64,000 nucleotides of DNA, taken from Angustibacter luteus (GTDB lineage Bacteria; Actinomycetota; Actinomycetes; Actinomycetales; Angustibacteraceae). Each line of letters opens with the position of its first letter. The stretch's first letter is position 1. The translations under genes were made by a program, and so were the position numbers. The DNA is taken from assembly GCF_039541115.1 (NCBI RefSeq), contig NZ_BAABFP010000008.1, positions 186,001 to 250,000 on the forward strand. The letters run 5' to 3'. The notes beneath the pieces are model-generated. The model saw only the letters and a program-made list of their open reading frames with translations. It was not told where the DNA came from and searched no databases. Below are positions 10,270 to 20,361 of the stretch, in pieces.

Positions 10270-13094
10270 CCGCGCGGGCGAGCGCTCACCAGCTGCACCC
10301 GGTTCGACAGGCCCAGCTTGCCCAGGATGCTGCGCATGTGGCTCTCCACGGTCCGCTCCGACAGGACGAGCCGTCGGGCGATCTCCTTGTTGCTCAGACC
10401 CTGCGAGGCCAGCTCGGCGACCTCGCGCTCGCGCCCGCTCAACGGGTCGCGGTCGCGCGCCACGGCTCTCGCCCGCTCCTGCAGCGCCACGGCCTCGGCG
10501 AGGGGACCGGGCAGGTCCAGGGCCCGCGCCTCCCGGGCGCCGGCCGTGGCGGCCGCGAGCGCCCGCGGGACGTCGTCCGGCTGCGCCCGTGGGGTCCGGG
10601 ACCGGCCGAGCAGCGCCTCGGCCAGACCCACCCGGTCCCGGGCGACGGCCGGGCGGGCGCCGGTCCTGGTGTCGGTGGCCAGCGCCGACTGGAAGTGCTC
10701 CACCGCGTCGTCCCAGTGCTCCAGGACGACCGAGAGCCGGCCGGCGAACCAGCGCGCCGAGCCGAAGCAGTAGATCCCGGCGTCACCGACCTCCCACTCG
10801 TACTGCGCCACCAGCGGTTCCAGCGCCGCCGCGGCAGCGACGTCGCCGAAGGCACTGACCAGCGCCACCTGGCTCAGCGGGACGCCGTGCCGCAGCTCGG
10901 GTCCGACGTCCTCGATGGTGAGCCCGAGGCCGTCGTAGGCCGCGCGGGCCTCGTCCGTGCGGCCCAGCTGCAGCAGCATCAGCGCGACGCTGACCCGCAC
11001 CACGGTGAGCTCCTGCGGCGCGGCCCGCAGCGTCGCCAGCGACTCCTCGCTGACCACCGGCTGACCGGTGGCGACGCTGTGCACCAGCAGAAACGCGTCG
11101 GACATCCCGGCGGCGGACAGGTCCTGGGACAGCTCGCTGGCGCCCAGCCGGCCGGCCTGTGCGTTCAGCTCGAGCGCCTCCTCGAACTCGCCGCGCAAGG
11201 CGGTCACCGAGGCCCGGACCCGCAGCTCGTGCCAGCGCACCAGCGGCAGCCGGGACGAGCGGGCCAGCAGCCCCAGCTCGGCGATCTCGGCGTCCGCGGC
11301 GGCCATCCGGCCGAGGTTGAGCGCGGCGTCGATCCGCCACTTGTGTCCCCACAGGACGGTCATCGGCTGCCCGCTGCGGGTGCCCGTCTCGACGGCGACC
11401 TGCCCGAGCCGCAGCCGCTCGTCGGGCGAGAACGCCGAGTCCACGACCTTGTCCCGCGCCCGGGCCGCCTCCACCAGCGCGATGTCGTCGCCGCTGCGCT
11501 CGGCGAGCTCGAGCGCCTCACGCGACCACTGCGCACCGTCCTGTGGGCGTCCGGCGTCGGCAGCCGCCGAGGTCCGCAGCGACAGCAGCCGCGACCGCGT
11601 CAGGTCGTCGAGGTCGGTGTCGAGCTCGAGTACCCGGGCGCACCGCCGCAGGACCTGTGGCAGCACGTCCGGCGCCGCGACGTCGTGCACGACCAGGGCG
11701 GCCGGGGCGAGCAGGTCCGGCCGGTCCCCCGCGAGCGCCAGGTCGACGACCTGCTCGGCGCACTCGCTGGCCTCCCGCACCCGGCCGTCCCGGAAGTGCG
11801 CGTCGGCCAGCCGCAGCAGCAGCTCCGCGCGTTCACCGTCACCGGCCCCGGCCCGCTCCAGCTCGCCGAGCGCCATGGCGAGGTAGCGCGCGGCCTCGGC
11901 GTCCGCGTAGGCGCGGGTGGCGGCGTCCGCGGCCCGGACCGCCCACGCGGCGGCCGTCCGCAGCTCGGCCGGGTCGCGGGCGCAGCGCAGCCAGTGGCCG
12001 GCCACCAGACCGGCCCGACCCGGGTCGTGCCCGGACTGCTCCTGCAGGACGAGGGCGGCGTGCCGGTGCAGCGCCTCGCGCTGCGAGCGGTCGAGGTCCG
12101 CGTACACGCCCTCGCGGACGACGGCGTGCACGAACCGGAGCCGGCCGGCTCCGACGTCGGGCACCTCGGCCAGCACGCCGGCGCGCACCGCCTCGTCCAG
12201 GTCGCGCTGCACGGCCGGTTCGGGGCGCTCGCAGACCGCCGCCAGGACGGCGACGTCGAGCTGCTCGCCGAGCACGGCCGCGGCGGCCAGCAGCTCGGCG
12301 GCGGCCTCGGGCAGCCCGGCCACGACGCCGCGCACCAGGGTCCGCAGCTGGCTGCTCGCGTCGGCGTCCGCCGGGTCCGGCGACGCCCCGCCACGCACCA
12401 GGTCGGTGACCGCCCGCAGGTACAGCGGGTTGCCGCCGGACCGGTGCAGCACGCCCCGCACGTGCTCGGGGTCGGCGGCCCGGTGCAGGGTCTGTCCCAG
12501 GTAGGCCCGGACGTCGTGCTCGACCAGCGGGGGCAGGGGCAAGGGGTGGGTGGTCGACCAGCGCAGCAGGTCGGGCAGCGCCTCGGCCATCAGGCCGGCC
12601 GACCCGCCGTCCCGGTAGGTCGCGACCACCACCAGCCCGGCGCCGGCGACCTCGCCGGCGATCCGGCGCAGCAGGCGCAGCGAGGTCTCGTCGGCCCAGT
12701 GCAGGTCCTCCAGTACGACGACGAGCCCGGCCGGCTCGGCGGCGCGCAGCAGCGCGTCCGTGGTGTCGGCCACGAAGCGGAAGCGGGCGGACTCGGCGTC
12801 GGCGAGCGGCTCGGCCGGGACGTCGGGCAGGGCCGCGAGCGCGGCGCGCCACGGCCACAGCGGTGGCGCTCCCGGCTCGTCGACGGCGCGGCCCCAGCGC
12901 ATGGGCACCTGGTCCGACGCCGGGCCGCAGACCCGTTCGACCAGGCGGGTCTTGCCGATGCCGGCCGGGCCGCTGACCAGGACCAGGCCGCCGCGACCGG
13001 CGCGCGCACCGGCGACCCGCTCGCCCAGCTCGGCCACCTGCCGCTCGCGACCGACGAAGGGCGGGCCGGTCTCGACGGGACCGTGCGTCGCCAC
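10266..13094 (-). CDS. Large ATP-binding LuxR-family transcriptional regulator (AAA ATPase + HTH)
   Basis: FVGRERQ, Walker [24 protein letters not shown], and C-terminal [35 protein letters not shown]. Confidence 0.95.
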   Translation of the reverse strand: MATHGPVETGPPFVGRERQVAELGERVAGARAGRGGLVLVSGPAGIGKTRLVERVCGPASDQVPMRWGRAVDEPGAPPLWPWRAALAALPDVPAEPLADAESARFRFVADTTDALLRAAEPAGLVVVLEDLHWADETSLRLLRRIAGEVAGAGLVVVATYRDGGSAGLMAEALPDLLRWSTTHPLPLPPLVEHDVRAYLGQTLHRAADPEHVRGVLHRSGGNPLYLRAVTDLVRGGASPDPADADASSQLRTLVRGVVAGLPEAAAELLAAAAVLGEQLDVAVLAAVCERPEPAVQRDLDEAVRAGVLAEVPDVGAGRLRFVHAVVREGVYADLDRSQREALHRHAALVLQEQSGHDPGRAGLVAGHWLRCARDPAELRTAAAWAVRAADAATRAYADAEAARYLAMALGELERAGAGDGERAELLLRLADAHFRDGRVREASECAEQVVDLALAGDRPDLLAPAALVVHDVAAPDVLPQVLRRCARVLELDTDLDDLTRSRLLSLRTSAAADAGRPQDGAQWSREALELAERSGDDIALVEAARARDKVVDSAFSPDERLRLGQVAVETGTRSGQPMTVLWGHKWRIDAALNLGRMAAADAEIAELGLLARSSRLPLVRWHELRVRASVTALRGEFEEALELNAQAGRLGASELSQDLSAAGMSDAFLLVHSVATGQPVVSEESLATLRAAPQELTVVRVSVALMLLQLGRTDEARAAYDGLGLTIEDVGPELRHGVPLSQVALVSAFGDVAAAAALEPLVAQYEWEVGDAGIYCFGSARWFAGRLSVVLEHWDDAVEHFQSALATDTRTGARPAVARDRVGLAEALLGRSRTPRAQPDDVPRALAAATAGAREARALDLPGPLAEAVALQERARAVARDRDPLSGREREVAELASQGLSNKEIARRLVLSERTVESHMRSILGKLGLSNRVQLVSARPRG

Positions 13095-13213
13095 GGGCCC
13101 AGTATCGCGATTCAGTGGCGCGCTGCGTACTGGCACGGATGGACCGGGCGGCGGCGGCGCGGATCGTCGTCCTCGTCGCCGGCGACCAGCCGGCACCGAC
13201 CGAGGAGGTAGCC

Positions 13214-13732
13214 GTGTACGCGTCGTTGCACCCTTTCACCCACCAGCCCCCGGGACCGGACACCCTGCGCCCGGGCGGCCCGCCGTCCGGCCACGTCGTG
13301 CTGCGTTCCGCGGACGGGGTCCTCGACCAGGTGCTCGCCTTCTGGGAGACCTCGGGGGCCGGCTACGTGGTGGTGGACTCCCACGAGGGGATGGCGGTCG
13401 CTGAGCCGCCGACGCACGCGATGGTGCTGTGGTTCGACGGGCCGCGCAGCGCGGCCCAGGCCGCCGCCGACCAGGTCGCGGGCAGCCGGATCGCCCCGGC
13501 GGTCCAGCAGGTGCCCGGTGTGGTGCGCACCTGGGTGCTGCGGGCGGACGACCTGGGCTACCTGACCGTCTCGTTGGTGACGTCGCCGGACGTGCCGGCC
13601 GCCATCCAGGACGTGGCGATGTCGACCGAGCTGCTGCCCGGCGAGGACCCGGCCCTGCTGTCCGGACCGGACCGGATGGCGGTGCTCAGCGTCGAGCGGT
13701 GCGAGCTGCCGGCCGTGGCAGGTGCGCGATGA
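13214..13732 (+). CDS. Hypothetical protein, possible dimeric alpha/beta-barrel (ABM-like) fold
   Basis: GAGGAGG RBS before GTG, divergent from the LuxR gene, ATGA-coupled to the YceI gene. The fold is a guess. Confidence 0.7.
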   Translation: MYASLHPFTHQPPGPDTLRPGGPPSGHVVLRSADGVLDQVLAFWETSGAGYVVVDSHEGMAVAEPPTHAMVLWFDGPRSAAQAAADQVAGSRIAPAVQQVPGVVRTWVLRADDLGYLTVSLVTSPDVPAAIQDVAMSTELLPGEDPALLSGPDRMAVLSVERCELPAVAGAR

Positions 13733-14247
13733 GCGCGTCGACAGCCACGCCGCTGCAGACCGGCACCTGGCAGGTGCAGGCGGCCGACAGCCGGGCCGGC
13801 TTCACCGTCGCGAACCTCGGCAAGACCGTCGCGGGGACCGTCCCGGTGCGCTCGGGCGAGGTCGAGGTCGACGCGTCCGGCGCCCCGCGGCGGCTGGTGG
13901 CCGAGCTGGACCTGGCGGCCCTCGACACGGGCAACGCGCGCCGCGAGAAGGACCTGCGCAAGCCGCGCTTCCTCGACCTGGACGCGCACCCGACCCTGAC
14001 GTTCGTCAGCGACCGGATCAGCACCCAGCACGACGGCTGGACGGCGCAGGGCACGATCGCGGCTCGCGGCACGAGCTGCCCGCTGACCCTACACGGGACG
14101 CTGCCGGGCGAGCCGGGTCCGGACGGCCGCGTGCCGGTCGAGGCGACGGCGGTCCTGGACCGGCGCGACCTGGGCTTGAAGGCGCCCCGGCTGATGATCG
14201 GCCGTCAGGTCGGCATCACGGTGACGGCCTGGCTGCGGCTCGCCTGA
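13729..14247 (+). CDS. YceI family (polyisoprenoid-binding) protein
   Basis: GTWQV...SRAGFTV...LDTGNARREKDLRKPRFLD...HPTLTF...LDRRDLG pattern. Confidence 0.92.
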   Translation: MSASTATPLQTGTWQVQAADSRAGFTVANLGKTVAGTVPVRSGEVEVDASGAPRRLVAELDLAALDTGNARREKDLRKPRFLDLDAHPTLTFVSDRISTQHDGWTAQGTIAARGTSCPLTLHGTLPGEPGPDGRVPVEATAVLDRRDLGLKAPRLMIGRQVGITVTAWLRLA

Positions 14248-15637
14248 GCCACCAGCGGTCGGCGGGCGCGGCGAGGACGTCGCCGAGGGCCACGCCCGCG
14301 CCGATCGCGAGGGCAGTCGCCATCGCCAGGAACAGCTGCCCGATGCCGGCCTGCGGGTCGCTGGACAGCAGGCTCATCGCCCGGAAGATCGCCAGGCCGG
14401 GCAGCAGCGTGGACAGCGCAGGCACCGAGAGCACCAGCGCGGGCGCCGTCATCCGTGCGGCGAGCAGCCGGGCCAGCAGCCCGACGACGACGGCGGCCGC
14501 GGCCGTCGCGGCGGTCGGCCCGGCCAGGTCGCTGACCCGCAGCAGCCCGTAGATCGCGTAACCGATGACGCCGATCAGCACCGGCGGCAGGACCAGCCGG
14601 CGCGGGCTGCGGTAGGCCACTGCGGTGGCCAGCGAGGCGACGGCCGCGCAGACCAGGCCGCGGACGACGTCCACCGCGGTCGTCCCGGTCAGGTCGACCA
14701 CCAGGTCGAGGTCGAGCCGCTGCGCCAGCCCGAGGCCGATGGCGGTGCCCGAGATGATCGCGGCGCCGGTCAGCAGCACCTGGAGCACCCGGCCGGACGC
14801 GGTGACCGAGAAACCGAAGATCGCGTCCTCGACGGCCGCGACGAGCAGCCGCCCGGGCAGCAGGACGACGATGCCGCCGGCGATCACCGCGCCGGCGTCG
14901 CGCGGGCCGATCAGCTCGAGCTCGGCCGCCAGCACCGTGACGACGGCGGCGATCGCGGCGCCGACGAACGTGATGAAGAACGGCACCAACCGGCGGCGGC
15001 CGAGGTAGCGACCGAGCCGGTCGACTGCGACGCTGGCCACGAACGCCAGCGCCGTGGCCCGGGCACCACCGCCGACCAGCGCGCAGACCGCGGCGGCCAG
15101 CAGGCCGTAGGCGACCGACACCACCCACCGCGGCCACGGCTTGGGCCTGGTCTCGATCTCGGTCAGCCGCCGGTCGGCCTCCTCGCGCGAGCAGCGGCCG
15201 GCGACCAGGTCCGAGACGAGCCGGTAGGCGTCGGCGAGCCGGGCGTGGTCGCGGCTCTGCGTCCGGGCCACCCGCAGCAGGTTCACCGGACGCCCGCCGG
15301 CCGGCGCGTGCTGCAGCAGGATCGACTGGGCGGTGATGTCCACCTCGACGTCCGTCAGACCCATCGCCGCGGTCACCGCGATCAGGGCGGCCTCGACGTC
15401 CCGGGTGCCGGAACCGCTGCGCAGCAGCAGGTCCCCCAGCCGCAGGCCGAACTCGATGACCTCGCGGGCCTGCTCCTCCTGCGGGGCGCCCATCCGGCTC
15501 GGGTCGCGGAACGGCGTGCCGCGCAACCGGTCCACCAGCGGCACCGGACCCGTCGGCTCCTCCGAGCGCAGCCAGCGCTGCCAGGCCAGGCCCGGCTGGT
15601 GCGGCTGGCCCGACCCGCGTCCGGTGGGCTCGGTCAT
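14216..15637 (-). CDS. Threonine/serine exporter family (ThrE) protein
   Basis: LGDLLLRSGSGTRDVE, VVLLPG and LLPGLAIFRAM duplicated ThrE motifs, about 10 TM segments. Confidence 0.9.
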   Translation of the reverse strand: MTEPTGRGSGQPHQPGLAWQRWLRSEEPTGPVPLVDRLRGTPFRDPSRMGAPQEEQAREVIEFGLRLGDLLLRSGSGTRDVEAALIAVTAAMGLTDVEVDITAQSILLQHAPAGGRPVNLLRVARTQSRDHARLADAYRLVSDLVAGRCSREEADRRLTEIETRPKPWPRWVVSVAYGLLAAAVCALVGGGARATALAFVASVAVDRLGRYLGRRRLVPFFITFVGAAIAAVVTVLAAELELIGPRDAGAVIAGGIVVLLPGRLLVAAVEDAIFGFSVTASGRVLQVLLTGAAIISGTAIGLGLAQRLDLDLVVDLTGTTAVDVVRGLVCAAVASLATAVAYRSPRRLVLPPVLIGVIGYAIYGLLRVSDLAGPTAATAAAAVVVGLLARLLAARMTAPALVLSVPALSTLLPGLAIFRAMSLLSSDPQAGIGQLFLAMATALAIGAGVALGDVLAAPADRWWLRRAAARPSP

Positions 15638-15661
15638 GGCCCCATGCTGCACGATGAGCGG

Positions 15662-16504
15662 GTGGACGAACGAACCGAAGAGCAAACCACGCAGGCCCCG
15701 CCGTGGACGCGCTACGTCGCGGTCGGCGACTCCTTCACCGAGGGGATGGAGGACGTCGGCGAGGACGGCGCGTACCGGGGCTGGGCGGACCGGCTGGCCC
15801 ACCAGCTGGCCGGCGGGCGCGCGGCCGCGGACCCGACCGGCGGCGCCATCGAGCCGCTGCGGTACGCGAACCTCGCCGTCCGTGGCCGGCTGCTCGGCCA
15901 GATCGTGCAGGAGCAGGTCCCGGCGGCGATCGAGCTGGGCGCCGACCTGGTGAGCCTGGTGGGCGGCGGCAACGACGTGCTGCGTCCGGGCAGTGACCCG
16001 GACCGGCTCGCGGCCCGGCTCGAGGCCGCGGTGGTCGACCTGCGGGTCAGCGGGGCCGACGTCCTGCTGGCCACCCCGGTCGACCCGGTGCAGTCCCCGC
16101 TGATCAACCTGACCCGCGGCAAGGCCGCGGTGTTCGCCGCCGCGATCTGGACGATCGCCCGCCGGCACCAGACGTACGTGCTGGACCTGTGGGGCATGAA
16201 GGCGTTGCAGGACAGGCGGTTGTGGGCTCCCGACCGGATCCACCTGACCAGTGAGGGCCACCAGCGGGTGGCACTGCACGCCGCCGAGGTGCTGGGGCTG
16301 GCCGGCGACGGGAGCTGGGCCATCCCGCTGCCGCCGGCCCAGGCCCGGGACCGGCGCACCGCCCTGCGCGAGGACGCCCAGTGGCTGCGCCAGTACGTCG
16401 GCCCCTGGGTGGGTCGCCGGCTGCGCCGGCAGTCCTCCGGCGACACCGTGCAGCCGAAGCGGCCGACGGCCGAGCCGCTACCGCTGGTGGACCGGGACAG
16501 CTGA
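15662..16504 (+). CDS. SGNH/GDSL hydrolase
   Basis: YVAVGDSFTEG, YANLAVRG, GGND and DRIH blocks. Confidence 0.93.
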   Translation: MDERTEEQTTQAPPWTRYVAVGDSFTEGMEDVGEDGAYRGWADRLAHQLAGGRAAADPTGGAIEPLRYANLAVRGRLLGQIVQEQVPAAIELGADLVSLVGGGNDVLRPGSDPDRLAARLEAAVVDLRVSGADVLLATPVDPVQSPLINLTRGKAAVFAAAIWTIARRHQTYVLDLWGMKALQDRRLWAPDRIHLTSEGHQRVALHAAEVLGLAGDGSWAIPLPPAQARDRRTALREDAQWLRQYVGPWVGRRLRRQSSGDTVQPKRPTAEPLPLVDRDS

Positions 16505-16510
16505 ACGCGG

Positions 16511-17449
16511 TCAGCCCAGGGCGCGGACGGCGTTCGACGGGCTCGGGCGGCCCATCAGCCCGGCCAGCCAGACGCTGGTCGCGACGAGCTTCGGCAGGTC
16601 GACGCCGGTCTCGATGCCCAGGCCGTGCAGCTGCCACACGAGGTCCTCGGTGGCCAGGTTCCCGGTCGCGGACATGGCGAACGGGCACCCACCGAGCCCA
16701 CCCGCCGAGGAGTCCACCGTCGTGATGCCCTGTTGCAGCGCGATCAAGGTGTTGGACAGCGCCTGGCCGTAGGTGTCGTGGAAGTGCACGGCCAGGGCCT
16801 CGCGCGGCACCCCGGCGGCCGCCAGGCCGTCCAGCAGCCGCACGACCTGACCGGGAGTGGCCACCCCGATCGTGTCGCCGAGCGAGATCTCGTGGCAGCC
16901 CTGCTCGCGCAGCGCGAGGACGACGTCCACCACCGCGGCGGCGTCGACGTCCCCCTCCCACGGGTCGCCGAAGCACATCGACACGTACCCGCGGACGGAG
17001 CGGCCGGCGGCCAGCGCACCCTCGACGACCTGGCCGGACATGGCGAGCGCCTCGTCCCGGGAGGCGTTCAGGTTCTTGCGCGCGAAGGACTCGGTGGCGC
17101 TGACGAACACGGCCAGCTCGGGGACGTCGCGGGCCAGCGCCCGCTCGAGCCCGCGCGCATTGGGCACGAGCACCGGGGCCCGCACCCCGGCCAGCTCGCC
17201 GGTGGACAGCGGGCCGAGCAGGTCCAGCAGCTGCTCGGCGTCCGCCAGCTGCGGCACCCACCTGGGGTGCACGAAGCTGGTCAGCTCGACCGCGCGCAGC
17301 CCGCTGGCCACCAGCCGGCGGACCAGCTCGGCCTTGACCTCGACCGGGACGACCTCGGACTCGTTCTGCAGGCCGTCGCGGGCGCCGACCTCGTAGATGC
17401 TGACGCGCTCGGGCAGGCCGGGGATCGGGGTCACCTGGGGCTCTCGCAC
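16511..17449 (-). CDS. hmgL: Hydroxymethylglutaryl-CoA lyase
   Basis: EVGARDGLQNE, HFHDTYGQ and GLGGCPFA...GNLATED motifs. Confidence 0.95.
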   Translation of the reverse strand: MREPQVTPIPGLPERVSIYEVGARDGLQNESEVVPVEVKAELVRRLVASGLRAVELTSFVHPRWVPQLADAEQLLDLLGPLSTGELAGVRAPVLVPNARGLERALARDVPELAVFVSATESFARKNLNASRDEALAMSGQVVEGALAAGRSVRGYVSMCFGDPWEGDVDAAAVVDVVLALREQGCHEISLGDTIGVATPGQVVRLLDGLAAAGVPREALAVHFHDTYGQALSNTLIALQQGITTVDSSAGGLGGCPFAMSATGNLATEDLVWQLHGLGIETGVDLPKLVATSVWLAGLMGRPSPSNAVRALG

Positions 17450-17465
17450 CCGCCGACCCTAACGC

Positions 17466-18041
17466 TCACCACCGGTCCAGCCGCTCCTGCAGCCGGCGCA
17501 CCGCGAGCTCGGCGGCCCGGTGCACGGCCGGGTCCTGGTCGTCCTGGGCGTCCCGGGCGGCGTCCAGCGCCTCGACCTCGCCGACCAGCCCCAGCGCGCG
17601 GACGGCGGCCGCCCGCACCCGCGGCACGTCGTCCTCGACCAGCGGGAGCAGTGCCTCGCCGGCCTGCCCGAGCTCGCGGCGGGCCACGACCTTGGCGGCC
17701 ATCTCGCGCACCCGCCAGGCCGGGTCGGCCAGCGCGCAGACGACCGCCGGCACCAGCTCGAGGACCGCGTCGTCCCAGGCGTGCAGCAGGGCGCGGGCCG
17801 CCCAGGTGCGGGCCCAGTACTCCTGGTCGTCGGCGACCCGAGCGGGCTGGCCGAGCAGCCAGGTGGCGTGCGGACCGCCCAGCCAGGTCAGGGGCGGCTG
17901 CGCCGGGTCGTCGTAGGCGACGTCCCCGGTCAGCAGTCCCGCGCACCAGCGGAGCACCACGGGGGCCCCCAGCTGCTGCTCGGCCAGCTCGACGCGTTGA
18001 CGCGGCGAGAGGCCGCGCCCGTCGTCCGGCAGACCGTCCAC
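17466..18041 (-). CDS. HEAT-repeat protein
   Basis: ALADPAWRVREMAAKV and EDDVPRVRAAAVRALG repeats. GTG 7 nt after TAGCGT, consistent with a leaderless start. Confidence 0.85.
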   Translation of the reverse strand: MDGLPDDGRGLSPRQRVELAEQQLGAPVVLRWCAGLLTGDVAYDDPAQPPLTWLGGPHATWLLGQPARVADDQEYWARTWAARALLHAWDDAVLELVPAVVCALADPAWRVREMAAKVVARRELGQAGEALLPLVEDDVPRVRAAAVRALGLVGEVEALDAARDAQDDQDPAVHRAAELAVRRLQERLDRW

Positions 18042-18102
18042 GGGAGGGACGCTAGCGAGAAGCGGGTGACACAGCACCCGCCGCACGGTGCACACTGGCC
18101 CC

Positions 18103-18840
18103 GTGACCGAGCACGACGAGCAGCAGCAGCGCTACCAGGGGCTCGACCCCGAGGGCAGCGGCGAGATCGCGACGAGCTTCGCGGACCTCGCCCGAATCGT
18201 GCACTCCAGCCCAGGGATGGATGACGTCTGCCGGGCCATCGTCGACGCTGCGCCGCAGCTCGTCGAGGGCTGCGACCACGCCAGCATCATGGTCAAGGAG
18301 AGCAAGGGCTACCGCACGATCGCCGCCTCCGACGAGATCGGGGCGAAGATCGACGCCATGGAGCGCGAGGTCGAGGACGGGCCGTGCGTGGACGCCATCG
18401 AGAACGACGCGTACCAGCTGGACTCCGACATCGCGACCGCCTCGCAGTGGCCGTCCCTCGCGGCCCGGGTGCTGGCGGAGACCCCGGTCCGGGGCATGGC
18501 GGGCTTCCGGCTGCTGGTCGACGGCCGCAAGAGCGGGGCGCTGAACCTGTTCTCCAACACCGCCGGCGCCCTGACCGCCGACTCCGGCGACACCGGCGCC
18601 ATCCTGGCCGCGTTCGCGTCCGTGGCGATGGGCGCCTCCGCGCACCACGAGCAGGCGACCACGATGGCCGAGGGCATCTCCAGCAACCGTGAGATCGGCA
18701 CCGCGATCGGACTGCTGATGGCGGCGCACGGGCTCACCGCCGACGAGGCGTTCGCGACGCTGCGCAAGGCATCCTCGCTGATGAACCGCAAGCTGTCGTC
18801 GATCGCCCGGGAGATCGTCGAGCGCGGGCCGGACTCCTAG
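18103..18840 (+). CDS. GAF and ANTAR domain protein
   Basis: GAF region (DGPCVDA, GALNLFS) and C-terminal [14 protein letters not shown]...[22 protein letters not shown] pattern. Confidence 0.93.
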   Translation: MTEHDEQQQRYQGLDPEGSGEIATSFADLARIVHSSPGMDDVCRAIVDAAPQLVEGCDHASIMVKESKGYRTIAASDEIGAKIDAMEREVEDGPCVDAIENDAYQLDSDIATASQWPSLAARVLAETPVRGMAGFRLLVDGRKSGALNLFSNTAGALTADSGDTGAILAAFASVAMGASAHHEQATTMAEGISSNREIGTAIGLLMAAHGLTADEAFATLRKASSLMNRKLSSIAREIVERGPDS

Positions 18841-19250
18841 CCAAGCAGGCCCGAGGTGATCAGGCCGTGGCCGGCGGGCACCGCGGCCGGGTCCGCACCG
18901 ACGTCCACGACCCGGTTCTCGGCGTCCACGAACACCACGTCCGGACGGCGCCCGCGGGCCTGCGCGTCCTCCAGCAGCCCGTAGGCGATGACGATCACGA
19001 CGTCGCCGCGGTGCACGAGGTGCGCGGCCGCGCCGTTCACGCAGACCACGCCGCTGCCGCGCTCGCCCTCGATCACGTACGTGGTCAGCCGGGCGCCGTT
19101 GGTGACGTCGACGACGTCCACCTGCTGGCCGGGCAGCAGCCCGGCCGCGTCCATCAGGTCGAGGTCCAGGGTCAGCGAGCCCACGTAGTGCAGGTCCGCA
19201 TCCGTCACGGTCGCTCGGTGGATCTTGCCCAACAGCATCGGCCGCAGCAT
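18837..19250 (-). CDS. panD: Aspartate 1-decarboxylase
   Basis: [12 protein letters not shown] autocleavage site, [15 protein letters not shown]. Confidence 0.97.
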   Translation of the reverse strand: MLRPMLLGKIHRATVTDADLHYVGSLTLDLDLMDAAGLLPGQQVDVVDVTNGARLTTYVIEGERGSGVVCVNGAAAHLVHRGDVVIVIAYGLLEDAQARGRRPDVVFVDAENRVVDVGADPAAVPAGHGLITSGLLG

Positions 19251-19287
19251 GGGGCGAGGTTACCGGGCGGCCTGCCACACTGATCGG

Positions 19288-20058
19288 GTGGACCCAGCGG
19301 AGCCGACGACGGTCACCTGGTGGGGTCACGCGTTCGTGGCGCTGACCATGGACGGCACGACGATCCTGATGGACCCGTTGCTGCGCACCCGGATCGGGCC
19401 GCTGCACAACACCGGCCCGGTACCGGACGTCGCCACCCTGGGCCGGGTCGACGCCGTCCTCATCTCGCACCTGCACCGCGACCACCTGGACCTGCAGTCG
19501 CTGCGCCGGCTGCCGCGCGGGGTCACGCTGGTGGTGCCAGAGGGAGGTGCCGACCTGGTCCGTCGACGCACCGGGCACACCGTGCGCGGGGTGCGGCCGG
19601 GTGCCCAGGTGGACGTCGGCGCGCTGCAGGTCAGCGCCACCTACGCCGACCACGACCCGCGGCGGGGCAAGGGCCAGCTGCAGTCCGACCCGCTCGGCTT
19701 CGTCATCGCCGGCAGCGACCGCGTCTACTTCGCCGGTGACACCGAGTCGTTCGACGGGATGCGCCGGCTCGGCCCGCTCGACCTGGCGCTGCTGCCCATC
19801 GGCGGGTGGGGTTTGACCCTGGCGGAGGGGCACATGGACCCCGAAGAGGCGGCGCAGGCCATCGGGTTGCTGCACCCGAGCTACGTGGTGCCGATCCACT
19901 ACGGCGACCTGCGCATCCCCGTCCTCTGGCGGTGGCGGGCGGCCCGCCGGGCCCACGCGGCCGCCGGCTTCGCGGCCCTGGCCCGGGAGGCGTACGCCGG
20001 GTGCACCGTCGTGGGGCTGGCGCCCGGCGAGAGCTGGGACCTCCCCCGACACGGGTGA
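19288..20058 (+). CDS. MBL-fold metallo-hydrolase (UlaG-like)
   Basis: SHLHRDHLD, YFAGDT, LLPIGG, HMDP and PIHYG motifs. Confidence 0.92.
   Translation: MDPAEPTTVTWWGHAFVALTMDGTTILMDPLLRTRIGPLHNTGPVPDVATLGRVDAVLISHLHRDHLDLQSLRRLPRGVTLVVPEGGADLVRRRTGHTVRGVRPGAQVDVGALQVSATYADHDPRRGKGQLQSDPLGFVIAGSDRVYFAGDTESFDGMRRLGPLDLALLPIGGWGLTLAEGHMDPEEAAQAIGLLHPSYVVPIHYGDLRIPVLWRWRAARRAHAAAGFAALAREAYAGCTVVGLAPGESWDLPRHG
20042..20058. promoter_or_regulatory. Palindromic site TCCCCCG-N3-CGGGTGA (candidate activator box)
   Basis: Lies 22 nt before GATCGT (20081-20086). Same motif and spacing as the sites at 23497 and 58813. Confidence 0.55.
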
Positions 20059-20121
20059 TGCGCAGGTGACCCGCGCGTCGGATCGTCGTCGGTGACGGCG
20101 GACCGGACGCGGAGGCATCGC

Positions 20122-20361
20122 ATGAGCGAGTACGTGATCAGCGTGGCGGGTCCGCTGTCCGACGACCTGATGAGCGCCTTCCCCGGCCTGTCGCGTCGGC
20201 AGGTCCCGGTGCACACCATGCTGTCCGGTGAGCTGCCCGACCAGTGCGCACTGCAAGGGGTGATCAACCACCTCGACCGGCTCGGCGTCGAGATCATCGA
20301 GATCCGTCAGCTGCCACCCAGCCACCATGGGCGCGTCGCGAGCTCGGGACCGGCGGCATGA
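20122..20361 (+). CDS. Small conserved protein, ACT/ferredoxin-like
   Basis: GGAGG RBS. YVISVAGPLS...TMLSGELPDQCALQGVINHLDRLGVEIIEI resembles a common small actinobacterial family. ATGA-coupled to the next gene. Confidence 0.75.
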   Translation: MSEYVISVAGPLSDDLMSAFPGLSRRQVPVHTMLSGELPDQCALQGVINHLDRLGVEIIEIRQLPPSHHGRVASSGPAA

